Source of the DNA: Trueperaceae bacterium
GTDB lineage: Bacteria > Deinococcota > Deinococci > Deinococcales > Trueperaceae
Assembly (NCBI GenBank): GCA_035703635.1
Contig: DASSXV010000041.1
Span: 1-64,000 of the forward strand
Length of the DNA stretch: 64,000 bases
Direction of reading: 5' to 3'
Shown: one piece after another, positions 43,200 to 52,534 of the stretch
Layout: each line of letters starts with the position of its first letter
Numbering within the stretch: the stretch's first letter is position 1
Program-made: the position numbers and the translations under genes
Notes under the pieces: generated by a model
Told to the model about the DNA's origin: nothing
Seen by the model: the letters and a program-made list of their open reading frames with translations, nothing else
Database searches by the model: none

Positions 43200-44095
43200 C
43201 GCGCTTCCTCGCCCCCCTTGTGGTGCTCGGCCAGCGCGGCATCGAGGTCGCGGTGCTGCGCCTGCGTGCGGTAACTGCCCGCCAGGTCGTGACTAAGGCG
43301 CTCCACGACGGCAACCGAACGGTGCTGCCCGCCCGTGCACCCGACCGCGACCACGTAGTTGCTGCGGCCGGTGCTCTCAGCCAAGTACGCGAGCGAGCGC
43401 ACCAACATGCGGATCTGGTGGTAAAGCTCGAGCGCCTCAGGGGTGAAGACGTAACGCTGGACTTCCGCATCCGTGCCGGGCAGTGGCCTCAGCTCGTCGG
43501 AGTAGAACGGGTTTGGCATGCCGCGCACGTCGAGGACGACGTCGACGTCGGTCGGGATGCCGCGCTTGAAGCCGAACGACACCAACCGCAGTAGCGGCCC
43601 TGCCCCGCCGGAGAAGCGGTCCCACAGGAGCTGCGTTAGCGCCCTCGCGCTGGTGCTGGTCGTATCGATGACGTCGTCCGCCAGCGCGCGTAATGGCTCG
43701 AGGACCACGCGCTCGGCGGCCAGGTCAGAGGTGAGAGTACCGGTGGAGATCGGGTGCGCGCGGCGCGTAAAGTTGTAGCGTTTGACGAGCACCTCGTCCG
43801 ACGCGTCGAGGAACAGTAGCCGCGGGGCGCGCCCCTGCTCCTTGAGGCGCGCAATTGCACCCGGTGCGTCTTTCAGGTAGTCGCGGGCGCGAATGTCGAT
43901 GCTGATGCAGACGCCCTTCCACTCGCCCGTCACCGTCTCGACGAAGTCGGGCCATAGGGCGGGCGGGAGGTTATCGACGGTGTAGAAGCCGATGTCCTCC
44001 AGCGCGTGCAACGCCGTCGTCTTGCCGGCGCCGCTTAGGCCGGTGAGGACGACGAGTGGCAGCGGCTGCGCGCCGGGTGTCTCCTGGCCGCTCAC
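43196..44095 (-). CDS. rapZ: RNase adapter RapZ (YvcJ) P-loop protein
   Basis: TGLSGAGKT, DNLPP, DIR, SFGFKRG, DVRGMPNPF, GCTGGQHRSV; GTG 44095 in GTGA overlap. Confidence 0.94.
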   Translation of the reverse strand: MSGQETPGAQPLPLVVLTGLSGAGKTTALHALEDIGFYTVDNLPPALWPDFVETVTGEWKGVCISIDIRARDYLKDAPGAIARLKEQGRAPRLLFLDASDEVLVKRYNFTRRAHPISTGTLTSDLAAERVVLEPLRALADDVIDTTSTSARALTQLLWDRFSGGAGPLLRLVSFGFKRGIPTDVDVVLDVRGMPNPFYSDELRPLPGTDAEVQRYVFTPEALELYHQIRMLVRSLAYLAESTGRSNYVVAVGCTGGQHRSVAVVERLSHDLAGSYRTQAQHRDLDAALAEHHKGGEEAR

Positions 44096-44763
44096 GGGGT
44101 CTCCATCATGAACTCGCAGGCCACGAGCAACTCGCCCTGCTCGACGATCGCGAAGTCGCCTACGTGCGCCAGCAAAGTACCTGGGCAGAGGATGATCGCC
44201 GTGCGGCCAACGTCCTGCACGACGAAGCGCTTGCCGCCCCGCACGACTTCCGAGAAGGTCGCGGTCGGTTCGACTGTTAGCAGCGGGATGGGCCCGAGAC
44301 CCTGTATCACGCGCCAACGCGTACCGTCGTGAACGACGCGCGCGTCCTGGCCCGCCACCTTGACGTTGAACGCCGGGACCGCCCCAGCGTCGTTGACAGG
44401 CGCCCACTCAGCGGGTTTCATGAAACCAACCGTGCGTGAGGCGCAGGCGCGCGCCGTAGCGCCGGACGTGAACTCCACGACGGCCGCCTCGCGGACTATG
44501 GCGCCGGTGATGGCCTCCGCCATCACCTCCGCCGCTGACCGGTCAGTGAAACAACCGATGCGCACGCGCACGAACTGCAAGCCGTCCTGCATGGCGAACT
44601 CCGTGTAGGCGTCGAACGCGCGCGAGCGCAAGTCGTCCGCGGCCGACTGCGCCTCACGGTAGTCGCGTAGCGCCACGGTTTGAACCGCCCACGCCTCCGC
44701 CGCCGCCCAACTCGGGGCGGCCATGAAGATGGCCGCGACGAGCATCAGCACCCGTGACTTCAC
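44092..44763 (-). CDS. Secreted SPOR-like domain protein
   Basis: Signal peptide (...SWAAA-E), WAVQTVALRDYREA...VRVRIGCFTDRSAAE; GTGA overlaps at both ends. Confidence 0.65.
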   Translation of the reverse strand: MKSRVLMLVAAIFMAAPSWAAAEAWAVQTVALRDYREAQSAADDLRSRAFDAYTEFAMQDGLQFVRVRIGCFTDRSAAEVMAEAITGAIVREAAVVEFTSGATARACASRTVGFMKPAEWAPVNDAGAVPAFNVKVAGQDARVVHDGTRWRVIQGLGPIPLLTVEPTATFSEVVRGGKRFVVQDVGRTAIILCPGTLLAHVGDFAIVEQGELLVACEFMMETP

Positions 44764-45392
44764 GCTGCCGCCTGGCCGATCAGCGGCGCCAAGTTCGAGA
44801 GTATGTGTAACCCAACGCCTTGGCTCTTCTCTGGGTGGAACTGCGTCGCGTAGACGTTGCCGTAGGAGAACGCCGAGAGGAACGTCACGCCGGCGTACTC
44901 CGTGGTTGCGCCTGGCAACGGCGCGGCGCCGGGCGCCACCTCCGCGTAGTACGAGTTCGCGAAGTAGACGTATGCCCCGGCCGCGACTCCCGCGAGGAGC
45001 GGCGATGCACCCCGTGGCGTCAGTTGGTTCCAACCCATCTGCGGCACGCTGCCGTGCCCAGTGGGAAAACGCTTGACCCAGCCGCGCACCAGGCCAAGGC
45101 CAGGCTCGTCTGGCGCCTCGTCAGAGCCGTCCAACAGTAGTTGCAGCCCGACGCAGATGCCGAGGAACGCTCGGCCCTCCGCGAGGTGACCGCGCACGGC
45201 GGCCTCGAAGCCTGACGCGCGGAACGCACGCGCCACCTGCCCGAAGTGCCCTTGCCCAGGCAGTACGAGCAGGTCGGGCGTGCCGACCGCGGCCGGGTCG
45301 TCAACCACGCGTGGCCTCAAGCCGGCGCGGTCGAGTGCGCGCTCGATGCTGCGCAGATTGCCCGCGCCGTAGTCGACGACGACGCTCCTCAT
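44760..45392 (-). CDS. hisH: Imidazole glycerol phosphate synthase glutaminase subunit
   Basis: DYGAGNLRS, LPGQG, GICVG, QMGWN, QFHPEKS. Confidence 0.96.
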   Translation of the reverse strand: MRSVVVDYGAGNLRSIERALDRAGLRPRVVDDPAAVGTPDLLVLPGQGHFGQVARAFRASGFEAAVRGHLAEGRAFLGICVGLQLLLDGSDEAPDEPGLGLVRGWVKRFPTGHGSVPQMGWNQLTPRGASPLLAGVAAGAYVYFANSYYAEVAPGAAPLPGATTEYAGVTFLSAFSYGNVYATQFHPEKSQGVGLHILSNLAPLIGQAAA

Positions 45393-45976
45393 AAAAGCCC
45401 CTTGGTGGAGGGTAGCTCCGCGTGCGTTACGCGGGTGGCGTCGCGCAGCGCCCTCGCGAACGCCTTCATGACGGCCTCGCAGGCGTGGTGTGACTCGTCC
45501 GCCGCCAACAGGCGCACGTGCATGGTGGCGCCAGCGTGGTTGGCGAAACCGCGGAGCAGCTCGCGCAGGTGGTAGGCGTTGAAGCCGCCGGAGTCGCCAG
45601 CGAGCCCGCTCGGGTCGAACGACAAGTGCGGTCTACCTGATAGGTCCAGCACGACGTGGGCGAGCGTCTCATCCATCGGCACGAAGGCGCTGCCGTAACG
45701 TTCGATGCCCTTGCGGTCGCCTAGCGCCTGCCCGACCGCCTGGCCGATGACGATCCCGCAGTCCTCCGCCAAGTGGTGCACGTCGATGTGCAGGTCGCCC
45801 GTAGCCTCGACTGCGAGGTCGAAGCGACCGTGCCTCACGAGCATGTCGAGCAAGTGATCGAGGAAGCCGTGGCCCGTTACCGCTCCGCTCGCGGTGCCCT
45901 GCGTGGTGTCGAGGTCGAGGCTCACGGTGATCTGCGTCTCGCTCGTTACGCGCGAGACTTGACTGGTGCGGCTCAT
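45389..45976 (-). CDS. hisB: Imidazoleglycerol-phosphate dehydratase
   Basis: RVTSET, FLDHLL, DVHHLAED, PMDE, SHHACEA, STKG. Confidence 0.96.
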   Translation of the reverse strand: MSRTSQVSRVTSETQITVSLDLDTTQGTASGAVTGHGFLDHLLDMLVRHGRFDLAVEATGDLHIDVHHLAEDCGIVIGQAVGQALGDRKGIERYGSAFVPMDETLAHVVLDLSGRPHLSFDPSGLAGDSGGFNAYHLRELLRGFANHAGATMHVRLLAADESHHACEAVMKAFARALRDATRVTHAELPSTKGLL

Positions 45977-47052
45977 CTTGCGCCTCCGTTAACCAGTGAC
46001 TGCGGCTCGACCGCCGCACGGCAGGCGGTGATGAAGGCGTCGTTCTCGCTACTGGTGCCAACAGACACGCGCAGGCAGCCCGCGGCGCCTGGCAGGTGGT
46101 CCTGGCGCCTGATGACTATGCCTGCTGCGAGGAGGCGCTCGTAGACGCCGGCGGGATCGGAAGTGCGGAACAGCACGAAGTTGGCCTGGGAGGGGAACGG
46201 CTGAATCCCCGGCATCGCCGCCAGGGCCGCCACGATGCGCGCGCGTTCGTCCTTGACGTGCTGCACGCGGGCGCTGACGAGGTCCTCCTCGTCGAGGAGG
46301 GCGCTCGCCACGGCGACTTGCCATGGGTTGACGCTGAAGGGCAGCAGCGCCTTCCTGACTTCCTGCGCCACCTCCGCGTGGGCGAGCGCGTAACCTACGC
46401 GGGCCCCAGCCAAGCCGAACGCTTTGCTGAAGGTCCTGAGGATAACGGCGTTAGGGTAGCGGGCAACGAGCTTCACGAGGTCAGCGCCTGCGAACTCGGC
46501 GTACGCCTCGTCGATGACGACCAGGGTCTGGTCGGCGCCCGCCGCGATCAGTTCCTCTACCTGTGCTGCGCTGAAGAGGTTGCCGGTTGGAGCTGCCGGG
46601 TTAGCCAGGAACAGGACTCCAGGCCCTCCCGCCATGGCGGATAACAGAGCGCTCGAGGGTAGGGCGAAATCGGCTCCAAGCGGCACTTCGATCAGTCGCG
46701 CTTCGAGTAGGCGCGCTTGAGCGGCGTACACCGCGAAGGTCGGGGCGACCGTGATGACCTTGCGACCAAGGCCCGCCACGATGGTGAGTGCCTGGATGAG
46801 GGTGTTTGACCCGTTGGCCACCACCACACCTGCTGTCGGCCACTCGTGCTTGGCGGCCAGCTTACCCTCGAGCCTCGCGGGCGACAGCTCCGGGTAGCGG
46901 TTCCACGCCACGCCAGCCAACTGCTGCATGACTCGCACCTTGATCAACTCGGGAACGTCGTCTGGACTTTCGTTCTGGTCGAGCTTGATTGGTTCGGGGT
47001 GCGGTGTGAAGTGGTAGGGCGCGAGCGCCTTCACGGCGTTCCTTATCGTCAT
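45973..47052 (-). CDS. hisC: Histidinol-phosphate aminotransferase
   Basis: KLDQNE, NRYP, NGSN, DEAYAEF, RTFSKAFGLAGARVGY, LRVSVG; start ATG 47052 seven nt after TAGCAT (47061 possible). Confidence 0.94.
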   Translation of the reverse strand: MTIRNAVKALAPYHFTPHPEPIKLDQNESPDDVPELIKVRVMQQLAGVAWNRYPELSPARLEGKLAAKHEWPTAGVVVANGSNTLIQALTIVAGLGRKVITVAPTFAVYAAQARLLEARLIEVPLGADFALPSSALLSAMAGGPGVLFLANPAAPTGNLFSAAQVEELIAAGADQTLVVIDEAYAEFAGADLVKLVARYPNAVILRTFSKAFGLAGARVGYALAHAEVAQEVRKALLPFSVNPWQVAVASALLDEEDLVSARVQHVKDERARIVAALAAMPGIQPFPSQANFVLFRTSDPAGVYERLLAAGIVIRRQDHLPGAAGCLRVSVGTSSENDAFITACRAAVEPQSLVNGGAR

Positions 47053-47076
47053 GGGTCCCATGCTAGCGCGTCGTGA

Positions 47077-47101
47077 ATGGGGCCGCTCGGCGCGGCCCCA
47101 T
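47077..47101 (-). terminator. Hairpin after TPR gene
   Basis: ATGGGGCCGC / GCGGCCCCAT 10-bp stem; no clear U tract. Confidence 0.4.
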
Positions 47102-47134
47102 GAGTGACGTGGTGGGTTACTTGGTGGACGCGAG

Positions 47135-49288
47135 CTACTGGCCCATGCGGTCGCGCACGTCCGAGATGAGCCCGTCGGTCATGGCGGTCAGGCCCGCGTC
47201 GAGGCGGCCGGCTTCCGTGAACTCGGCGATCGACTCGTCGAAGCGCTGGATGGCGTAGTACACGATCCCGAGGTTCAGGTGCGCCTGCGCGTTGTCGGCG
47301 TTGGCTGCTACGGCGCGGCGCAGGTAATCGAGCGCGAGGTCGAAGCGCCCGAGTTCGATCTGCGAGTAACCGAGGTTGTTCAGCACGATGTCAGAGTCTG
47401 GGTAGCTCTCAAGCGCGGCCTCGTAGTCGCCGATCGCCCCGCGCGTGTCACCGCTGAACTGCTTGGCGTAACCGAGGTAGAAGGACGCCAGGCCGGTAGG
47501 CTGCAGCTCGTTCGAGCGCTCGAAGGCGCTTACGGCCGCGGCGAAGTCCCTGACGTCAAGGGCGTAGAGGCCCTGCTGGAAGGCAACGCCAGCTTCTTCC
47601 TCGAAGGCAACGTCGCCGCCACCAGTGAGTTGCCTTTGCTCACCGAGTAGCTCGAGGCTGCGCTGCGCTAGCGCTTGCCCCGGCTCTAGGTCGAGGGAGC
47701 GCTTCAGCGCCTTCTCGCCGTCCTCGAGACGACCGACGCGCACGAGTGCCGTGCCGTAAAGGGCCTGCAACTCGGCGTCGTCCGGGCTGGCGGTCACCAG
47801 CGGTTCGATGATCTGCAGCGCCCCGTTGGCGCGTCCGGCAGCGAGGTAGAGCTCGGCGAGGCTGCGGTCCACGTCGGCGCCGCTGCCGCGCAGTGCCTCG
47901 AAGGTGCGGCGCGCGCCGTCGAGGTCGCCGCGCCGTGCTTGGGCAACGGCGAGGAGGTTGCCAACCGCGACATCGTTCGGGTTCTGGGTGTAAAGCGGCC
48001 CGAGGAGCGCTTCGGCTTCCTCGGCGCGCCCGCTCTGCAGGAGGAGGTCGGCTTGCGCGACTACCAGGTCGGTGCTGTTCGGGTAGAGCGCCTTGCCCGC
48101 CTCAACGATCGCGAGGGCGTCGGTCGCGTAGGCGGACGGCAGCAACCGGCCGAGGGCGTAGAGGCCGGCCGACCGGGCGAGCGGTTCGCCGACGGCCTGC
48201 TGCAAGTAGGCGAGGGCGTCACCGGCGGCGCCGCCGTCGATGAGGCGACGCATGACCGCGCCCCGCAACAGCACTGACTCTGGCGCGTAACTCTCGGCGC
48301 GGCGCAGCGTCTGCAGCGCGCGCTGTGAATCCGCCTGGCGTGAGCTCAGCCGGATGTAGGCGTCGATGAAGCGCGGGTAGGCGCTGATCGCTGCCTGCAG
48401 GTCCACGCTTGGATCTGCGGACGGGGTGGCAGAAGCGGCCTCCATGGAGGCGCGGCCTGCCAGCGCAACCGCGTGGCTTGGGTTAGCGGTGAGCGCCGCG
48501 GCGAAGGCCGCGGCGGCGAGTTCAGGTTCGTTAGCGGCGTCGAAGACTACGCCGGCCGTGGCCTGCACTTCGGCATCGTCTGGAGCGAGTTCTACGGCGA
48601 CCTTCGCCGCTGCGACGGCTCCGGCGAGGTCGCCCTCTAGCGCCAGTATGCGGGCGTACTCGACCTGCACCCAGGCCGAGCCGGCGTCGAGCCCGGCTGC
48701 GGTGGCTAGGTCGTCAGAGCGGGCTCCTGGCAGGCCGGAGGCGGCGAGGCCCGTCGGTGCGAGGCTGGCGACCGAGGGGGTCTGGTTCGCGGCAGCGGCA
48801 ACGCGTGCCAGGTTGGCGGCGCTGCTGTTGGGTAACACGGTGCGCGCAACGGCGTCTGCCGCAGCCGCCGCCAAGGCGGCCGGGTTGGCGCCCTGTACGG
48901 TCAGCGGCTTGGTCGCTCCGCCGATGGTCACGTTGATGGTGGCAGTCACTCCGCCACCGCCCGTCGATACCCTGCCCGTTACGACCGCGTTCGCGTCGAA
49001 CAAGCGGCCGATGGTTGCCTGCACGTCGACCTGCGCGGCCGCCGCCTTGTTGGCGACCAACGCGGCGTCGCCTATCGGCGGAACGTAGACGTTCGGGAGT
49101 TGATTGAGGGCGTGCTGCAGTGCCGTTGGTAGGCCCAACTGGTAGGGCGAAACGGCAGCGTCGGTATCGAACGGCAGAATCACCACGCGAGTTACTGCGG
49201 TGGCGTTCTGGGCCGCGGCGGGCGCCTGAAGCAGCACAAGTGCCGCTGCTAGCGCCAAGAACGTGGTGAAGAGGCGTCGAGGCATCAC
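47135..49288 (-). CDS. Secreted tetratricopeptide-repeat protein with N-terminal TolB-N/CsgG-like domain
   Basis: Signal peptide, VVILPFD...LGLPTALQHAL; many TPRs (LNNLGYSQ, AHLNLGIVYY). Confidence 0.8.
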   Translation of the reverse strand: MMPRRLFTTFLALAAALVLLQAPAAAQNATAVTRVVILPFDTDAAVSPYQLGLPTALQHALNQLPNVYVPPIGDAALVANKAAAAQVDVQATIGRLFDANAVVTGRVSTGGGGVTATINVTIGGATKPLTVQGANPAALAAAAADAVARTVLPNSSAANLARVAAAANQTPSVASLAPTGLAASGLPGARSDDLATAAGLDAGSAWVQVEYARILALEGDLAGAVAAAKVAVELAPDDAEVQATAGVVFDAANEPELAAAAFAAALTANPSHAVALAGRASMEAASATPSADPSVDLQAAISAYPRFIDAYIRLSSRQADSQRALQTLRRAESYAPESVLLRGAVMRRLIDGGAAGDALAYLQQAVGEPLARSAGLYALGRLLPSAYATDALAIVEAGKALYPNSTDLVVAQADLLLQSGRAEEAEALLGPLYTQNPNDVAVGNLLAVAQARRGDLDGARRTFEALRGSGADVDRSLAELYLAAGRANGALQIIEPLVTASPDDAELQALYGTALVRVGRLEDGEKALKRSLDLEPGQALAQRSLELLGEQRQLTGGGDVAFEEEAGVAFQQGLYALDVRDFAAAVSAFERSNELQPTGLASFYLGYAKQFSGDTRGAIGDYEAALESYPDSDIVLNNLGYSQIELGRFDLALDYLRRAVAANADNAQAHLNLGIVYYAIQRFDESIAEFTEAGRLDAGLTAMTDGLISDVRDRMGQ

Positions 49289-49336
49289 GGCGGAGTATAC
49301 CTAGGCGAGCGTGAGAATACTCAGGTCAGGGCGCCG

Positions 49337-49747
49337 TCAGAGACGGAATCCGCCAGGCAGTAGCTCGGCGACCGTCGTGGTGACTACCTGGCCAGCACCG
49401 TTCACCATGTGAACGAGCGCGGTGGGGGAGAACTCGAAAAGCACTTGGCGGCACGAGCCGCACGGCGACGCGGGCGTCTCAGACGACGACACGACGACGA
49501 CTTCACTGAACTCACGCTCTCCCGCGCTGATCATCGCCTGCACGGCCGACTGCTCAGCGCAGCGCGTCAGGCCGAAGCTGGCGTTCTCCACGTTGGCGCC
49601 GGCATAGACCCGCCCGCTGGCCGTGCGCAGCGCCGCCCCAACGGGGAAGCGCGAGTACGGCACGTACGCGTTGTCCTGAGCGGCGCGCGCGGCGTCAAGC
49701 AGGTCGCGTGGCACGTCATCGAGCGAGGAAGCACGGCGTTCGTTCAA
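49337..49747 (-). CDS. cdd: Cytidine deaminase
   Basis: AYVPYSRFPVGAA, NVENAS, CAEQ, PCGSCRQ. Confidence 0.96.
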   Translation of the reverse strand: MNERRASSLDDVPRDLLDAARAAQDNAYVPYSRFPVGAALRTASGRVYAGANVENASFGLTRCAEQSAVQAMISAGEREFSEVVVVSSSETPASPCGSCRQVLFEFSPTALVHMVNGAGQVVTTTVAELLPGGFRL

Positions 49748-49750
49748 GGT

Positions 49751-50125
49751 TCAACCCCCTCCAAGACCTAGTTGTAGTTTACGAAGGAGGGGCGGCCCTA
49801 TCACAACCACTCCAACGGTCAGCGCGGCGAGCGCCGCCACGAGAACGGCTCCCGCACTCAGGTCCTTGGCGGCGGCCGCCAGGGCATGGTGTTCGGGTTG
49901 CACGAGGTCTACCAGCGCCTCGACGGCGCTGTTCGTCAGTTCGAAGGCGAGGACGAGCCCCGTCATCATCAGGATCGGCGCGATGGTCGCGCTCGTCCAC
50001 CAGGCGAGGAGCAGCACCGCGACCGCGATGACGACCTCGATGCGAAAGTTGCGCTGCTCGCGCCAGGCGAGCCGCACGCCTGCCAACGCGAACCCCAAGC
50101 TCTGCCTGAAGCGCACGGGGCTCAC
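49751..50125 (-). CDS. dgkA: Diacylglycerol/undecaprenol kinase DgkA family
   Basis: FALAGV...EQRNFRIE, ELTNSAVEALVD, AKDLSAGAV; GTG 50125 in GTGA overlap. Confidence 0.9.
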   Translation of the reverse strand: MSPVRFRQSLGFALAGVRLAWREQRNFRIEVVIAVAVLLLAWWTSATIAPILMMTGLVLAFELTNSAVEALVDLVQPEHHALAAAAKDLSAGAVLVAALAALTVGVVVIGPPLLRKLQLGLGGG

Positions 50126-50574
50126 GAGGGGCTCTGCGCCTCGCAGGCGATCTCCAGGATGCGCGCTTGGGCGATGAGGAACGGCTTCCACTCCTCGTCG
50201 TCATGGTGATCGAGGCCCGTGAGGTGCGTGATGGCGTGAGCGGCTAGCACCATGACCTCGTCCTCGGTCGAGTGGCCGTGCTGGGCAGCTTGCTGTTCGG
50301 CCGTGTCTAGGCTGATGAGTACGTCGCCAAGGTGGGCTACGCCAGGGAACCAGGCGCCGTCCGGTTCGTAGGTCGGGTAGGAGAGGACGTCGGTCGGCCC
50401 GTCGACCCCGCGATCGCGCAGGTTGTGTTCGGCGACGCTCGCGTCGTCGAGCAGGACTATCGTCACCTCGCGGTCCCCAAGGCCTGCGCCTTGCAGATAC
50501 AGCGCTACGACCTCACGGAGTCGCTCAGTTCGAGGGAAGCGTGCGGTCTCGTCCAATACCTCTACCTGGTCCAC
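50122..50574 (-). CDS. ybeY: rRNA maturation RNase YbeY
   Basis: PTDVLSY, LGDVLIS, HAITHLTGLDH. Confidence 0.92.
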   Translation of the reverse strand: MDQVEVLDETARFPRTERLREVVALYLQGAGLGDREVTIVLLDDASVAEHNLRDRGVDGPTDVLSYPTYEPDGAWFPGVAHLGDVLISLDTAEQQAAQHGHSTEDEVMVLAAHAITHLTGLDHHDDEEWKPFLIAQARILEIACEAQSPS

Positions 50575-52534
50575 CCTTGCCCCCTTCCCGGCCGTCCGCG
50601 TTCTCACCACGTACGCGCTTCAGGCCGCGCACCTCCTCGGCGCTCGGGTAACTGATGCGCCGGTGGAGGATCGCCGTGAGCATGCGTTGGAACGTGGCGG
50701 CTATGACCTCTAAGTCGTTGAGTGTCAGGGGCGTCCCGTCGAGCTGGCCGTCCTGCTGGCGTTGCTTGATGAGGCGGTCGATGAGCGACCGGATGCTCGT
50801 CGGCGTCGGGTCCGAGAGCGTGCGTGAAGCCGACTCGACGGCGTCTGCGAGCATGAGGATGCCGGTCTCCTTCGAGCGCGGCTTCGGCCCTGGGTAGCGG
50901 AAGTTGAGCTCTTCGACCTGGCCCTCGTCGAGCGCGCGCTTATAGAAGTAGCTGAGGACGGTGGTGCCGTGGTGCTCGGCGACGAACGGCACTAGTTCCT
51001 CAGGGAGCCGGTTCTCGTGGAGGAGCTCGACGCCGTCGCGCACGTGGCTCGTGATGATCAGGTATGAGAGGTGCGGGCTGATGCGGTCGTGCGGGTTATC
51101 GCCGGAGAACTGGTTCTCGACGAAGAAGCTCGGCCGCTTGATCTTGCCAACGTCGTGGTAGAGCGCCCCAACGCGGGCTAGGAGCGGGTTGCCGCCGACG
51201 GCCTTGGTGGCCTGGTCCACCAGGTTGGAGATGATGAGGCTGTGCTGGTAGGTGCCTGGCGCCTCCGTGATGAGGCGCTGCATCAGAGGGTGGCCAGGGC
51301 TGGAGAGCTCGGTAAGGCGGAAGTCGGTGAGGAAGCCGAAGCCGCCCTCTGCGATCGGCAGGAGCGCGAGCGCAAGCACCCCAGCTAGCACCCCACCGGC
51401 CGTGAGGAGCATGGCGCCACTTGCCATCGCCGCCGTCGTCATGCCGCCGCCAACGAGCACCAACGCAACGAGCGTGAGGCCCGCGACCAAGCCGCCGACG
51501 GCTCCTGCCAGGAGGAGGCTCAACCGGTTGCCGACCTTGCGCATCATCGTGGCGGCCAGCGCCCCGCCGACGAGCGTTGCCGCGACCGCGAAGAGGGCGG
51601 CGGTGGGGGTGAGCAGGCCAACGGCCAGGGCCATCCAGGCGGCCCACGGAAGGGCGACGCGCGGCCCGAGCAGCGCGGCTACCACGAGCGGCACTAGGAG
51701 CGCGAACAGGAAGTTGGGCGAGACGTCGACTGCCAGGCGTTGCAGTGCGAGCGTGCCGAGGCTGAGCGTCACGAGGAACGCGACCTTGCGGAAGGTCATG
51801 CCCTCGAAGAGCATGCCGCGCGCGAACAGCAGAGGCGCGATCAGCATGAGGGTGAGGAGCACGACGCCTACGACAATCCACGCGGTCTGCGACGCTGCCT
51901 CGACGCGGGCGCTATAGAGCCCGAGCGAGTCGAGGACGCGCAGTTGATCTTCAGTTAGCGGCTCTCCGGCTTGCACGAGGACCTGACCGGACTCGAGTGA
52001 CTGCATGACGGGCGCAACTGCGGCGGCGGCGGCGTCTCGCGCGACCTGCGTGAGGCGGTCGTTGGGCACGGAGTTGGCCGCGAGGCGCCTCTCGAGCACG
52101 AGCCGCGTCTCGCGCTGGCGGTCAGGTGGCGCGAGGTTCGTTGCCTCCTGAATGAACGCTGGGAGCTCGCTTGCCCGCACGCCGCTTGGTGATTGGTAAC
52201 GGCTGATCACCTCGTCGACGACCGGCGCAGGTAGCCCTGAGGTAGTTATCGCTGCGAGCACGAGCGTGGTGACCTGCAGGTCAGAGGTGTAAACGGGTTC
52301 GATCTGTGCGCGCGCCGACTGCCTCTCGCGCTGGGTGGCGATCATGTCTACGACTTGTGTGTCTACGGGTGCGATGAAGGTCTGCGGGCTGGCTTGCCCG
52401 ATGCGTAGTGGCGTGCGTTGCCGCGTGCCGTAGACGCTGTAGAGGATGAGGCCGAACACGGCCGCTGCGAGGAGGGCAAGCACCCAGTAGCGGGCTACGC
52501 CGCCGCTCGCTATGCGTCTAGGCGTTCCGCTCAT
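50525..52534 (-). CDS. 7TM-HD phosphohydrolase (PgpH/YqfF-like; putative c-di-AMP phosphodiesterase)
   Basis: Extracellular domain, 7 TM, APGTYQHS, YHDVGK, EHHGTT, YPGPKP, LADAVES. Confidence 0.88.
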   Translation of the reverse strand: MSGTPRRIASGGVARYWVLALLAAAVFGLILYSVYGTRQRTPLRIGQASPQTFIAPVDTQVVDMIATQRERQSARAQIEPVYTSDLQVTTLVLAAITTSGLPAPVVDEVISRYQSPSGVRASELPAFIQEATNLAPPDRQRETRLVLERRLAANSVPNDRLTQVARDAAAAAVAPVMQSLESGQVLVQAGEPLTEDQLRVLDSLGLYSARVEAASQTAWIVVGVVLLTLMLIAPLLFARGMLFEGMTFRKVAFLVTLSLGTLALQRLAVDVSPNFLFALLVPLVVAALLGPRVALPWAAWMALAVGLLTPTAALFAVAATLVGGALAATMMRKVGNRLSLLLAGAVGGLVAGLTLVALVLVGGGMTTAAMASGAMLLTAGGVLAGVLALALLPIAEGGFGFLTDFRLTELSSPGHPLMQRLITEAPGTYQHSLIISNLVDQATKAVGGNPLLARVGALYHDVGKIKRPSFFVENQFSGDNPHDRISPHLSYLIITSHVRDGVELLHENRLPEELVPFVAEHHGTTVLSYFYKRALDEGQVEELNFRYPGPKPRSKETGILMLADAVESASRTLSDPTPTSIRSLIDRLIKQRQQDGQLDGTPLTLNDLEVIAATFQRMLTAILHRRISYPSAEEVRGLKRVRGENADGREGGKGGPGRGIGRDRTLPSN

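Noticed and set aside
43196..45033. N-terminally extended RapZ (to 44407) and SPOR protein (to 45033) suggesting overlapping genes or frameshifts
   Set aside because: The extensions are non-homologous Arg/Gly-rich read-through; GTG starts in GTGA overlaps (44095, 44763) explain both genes.
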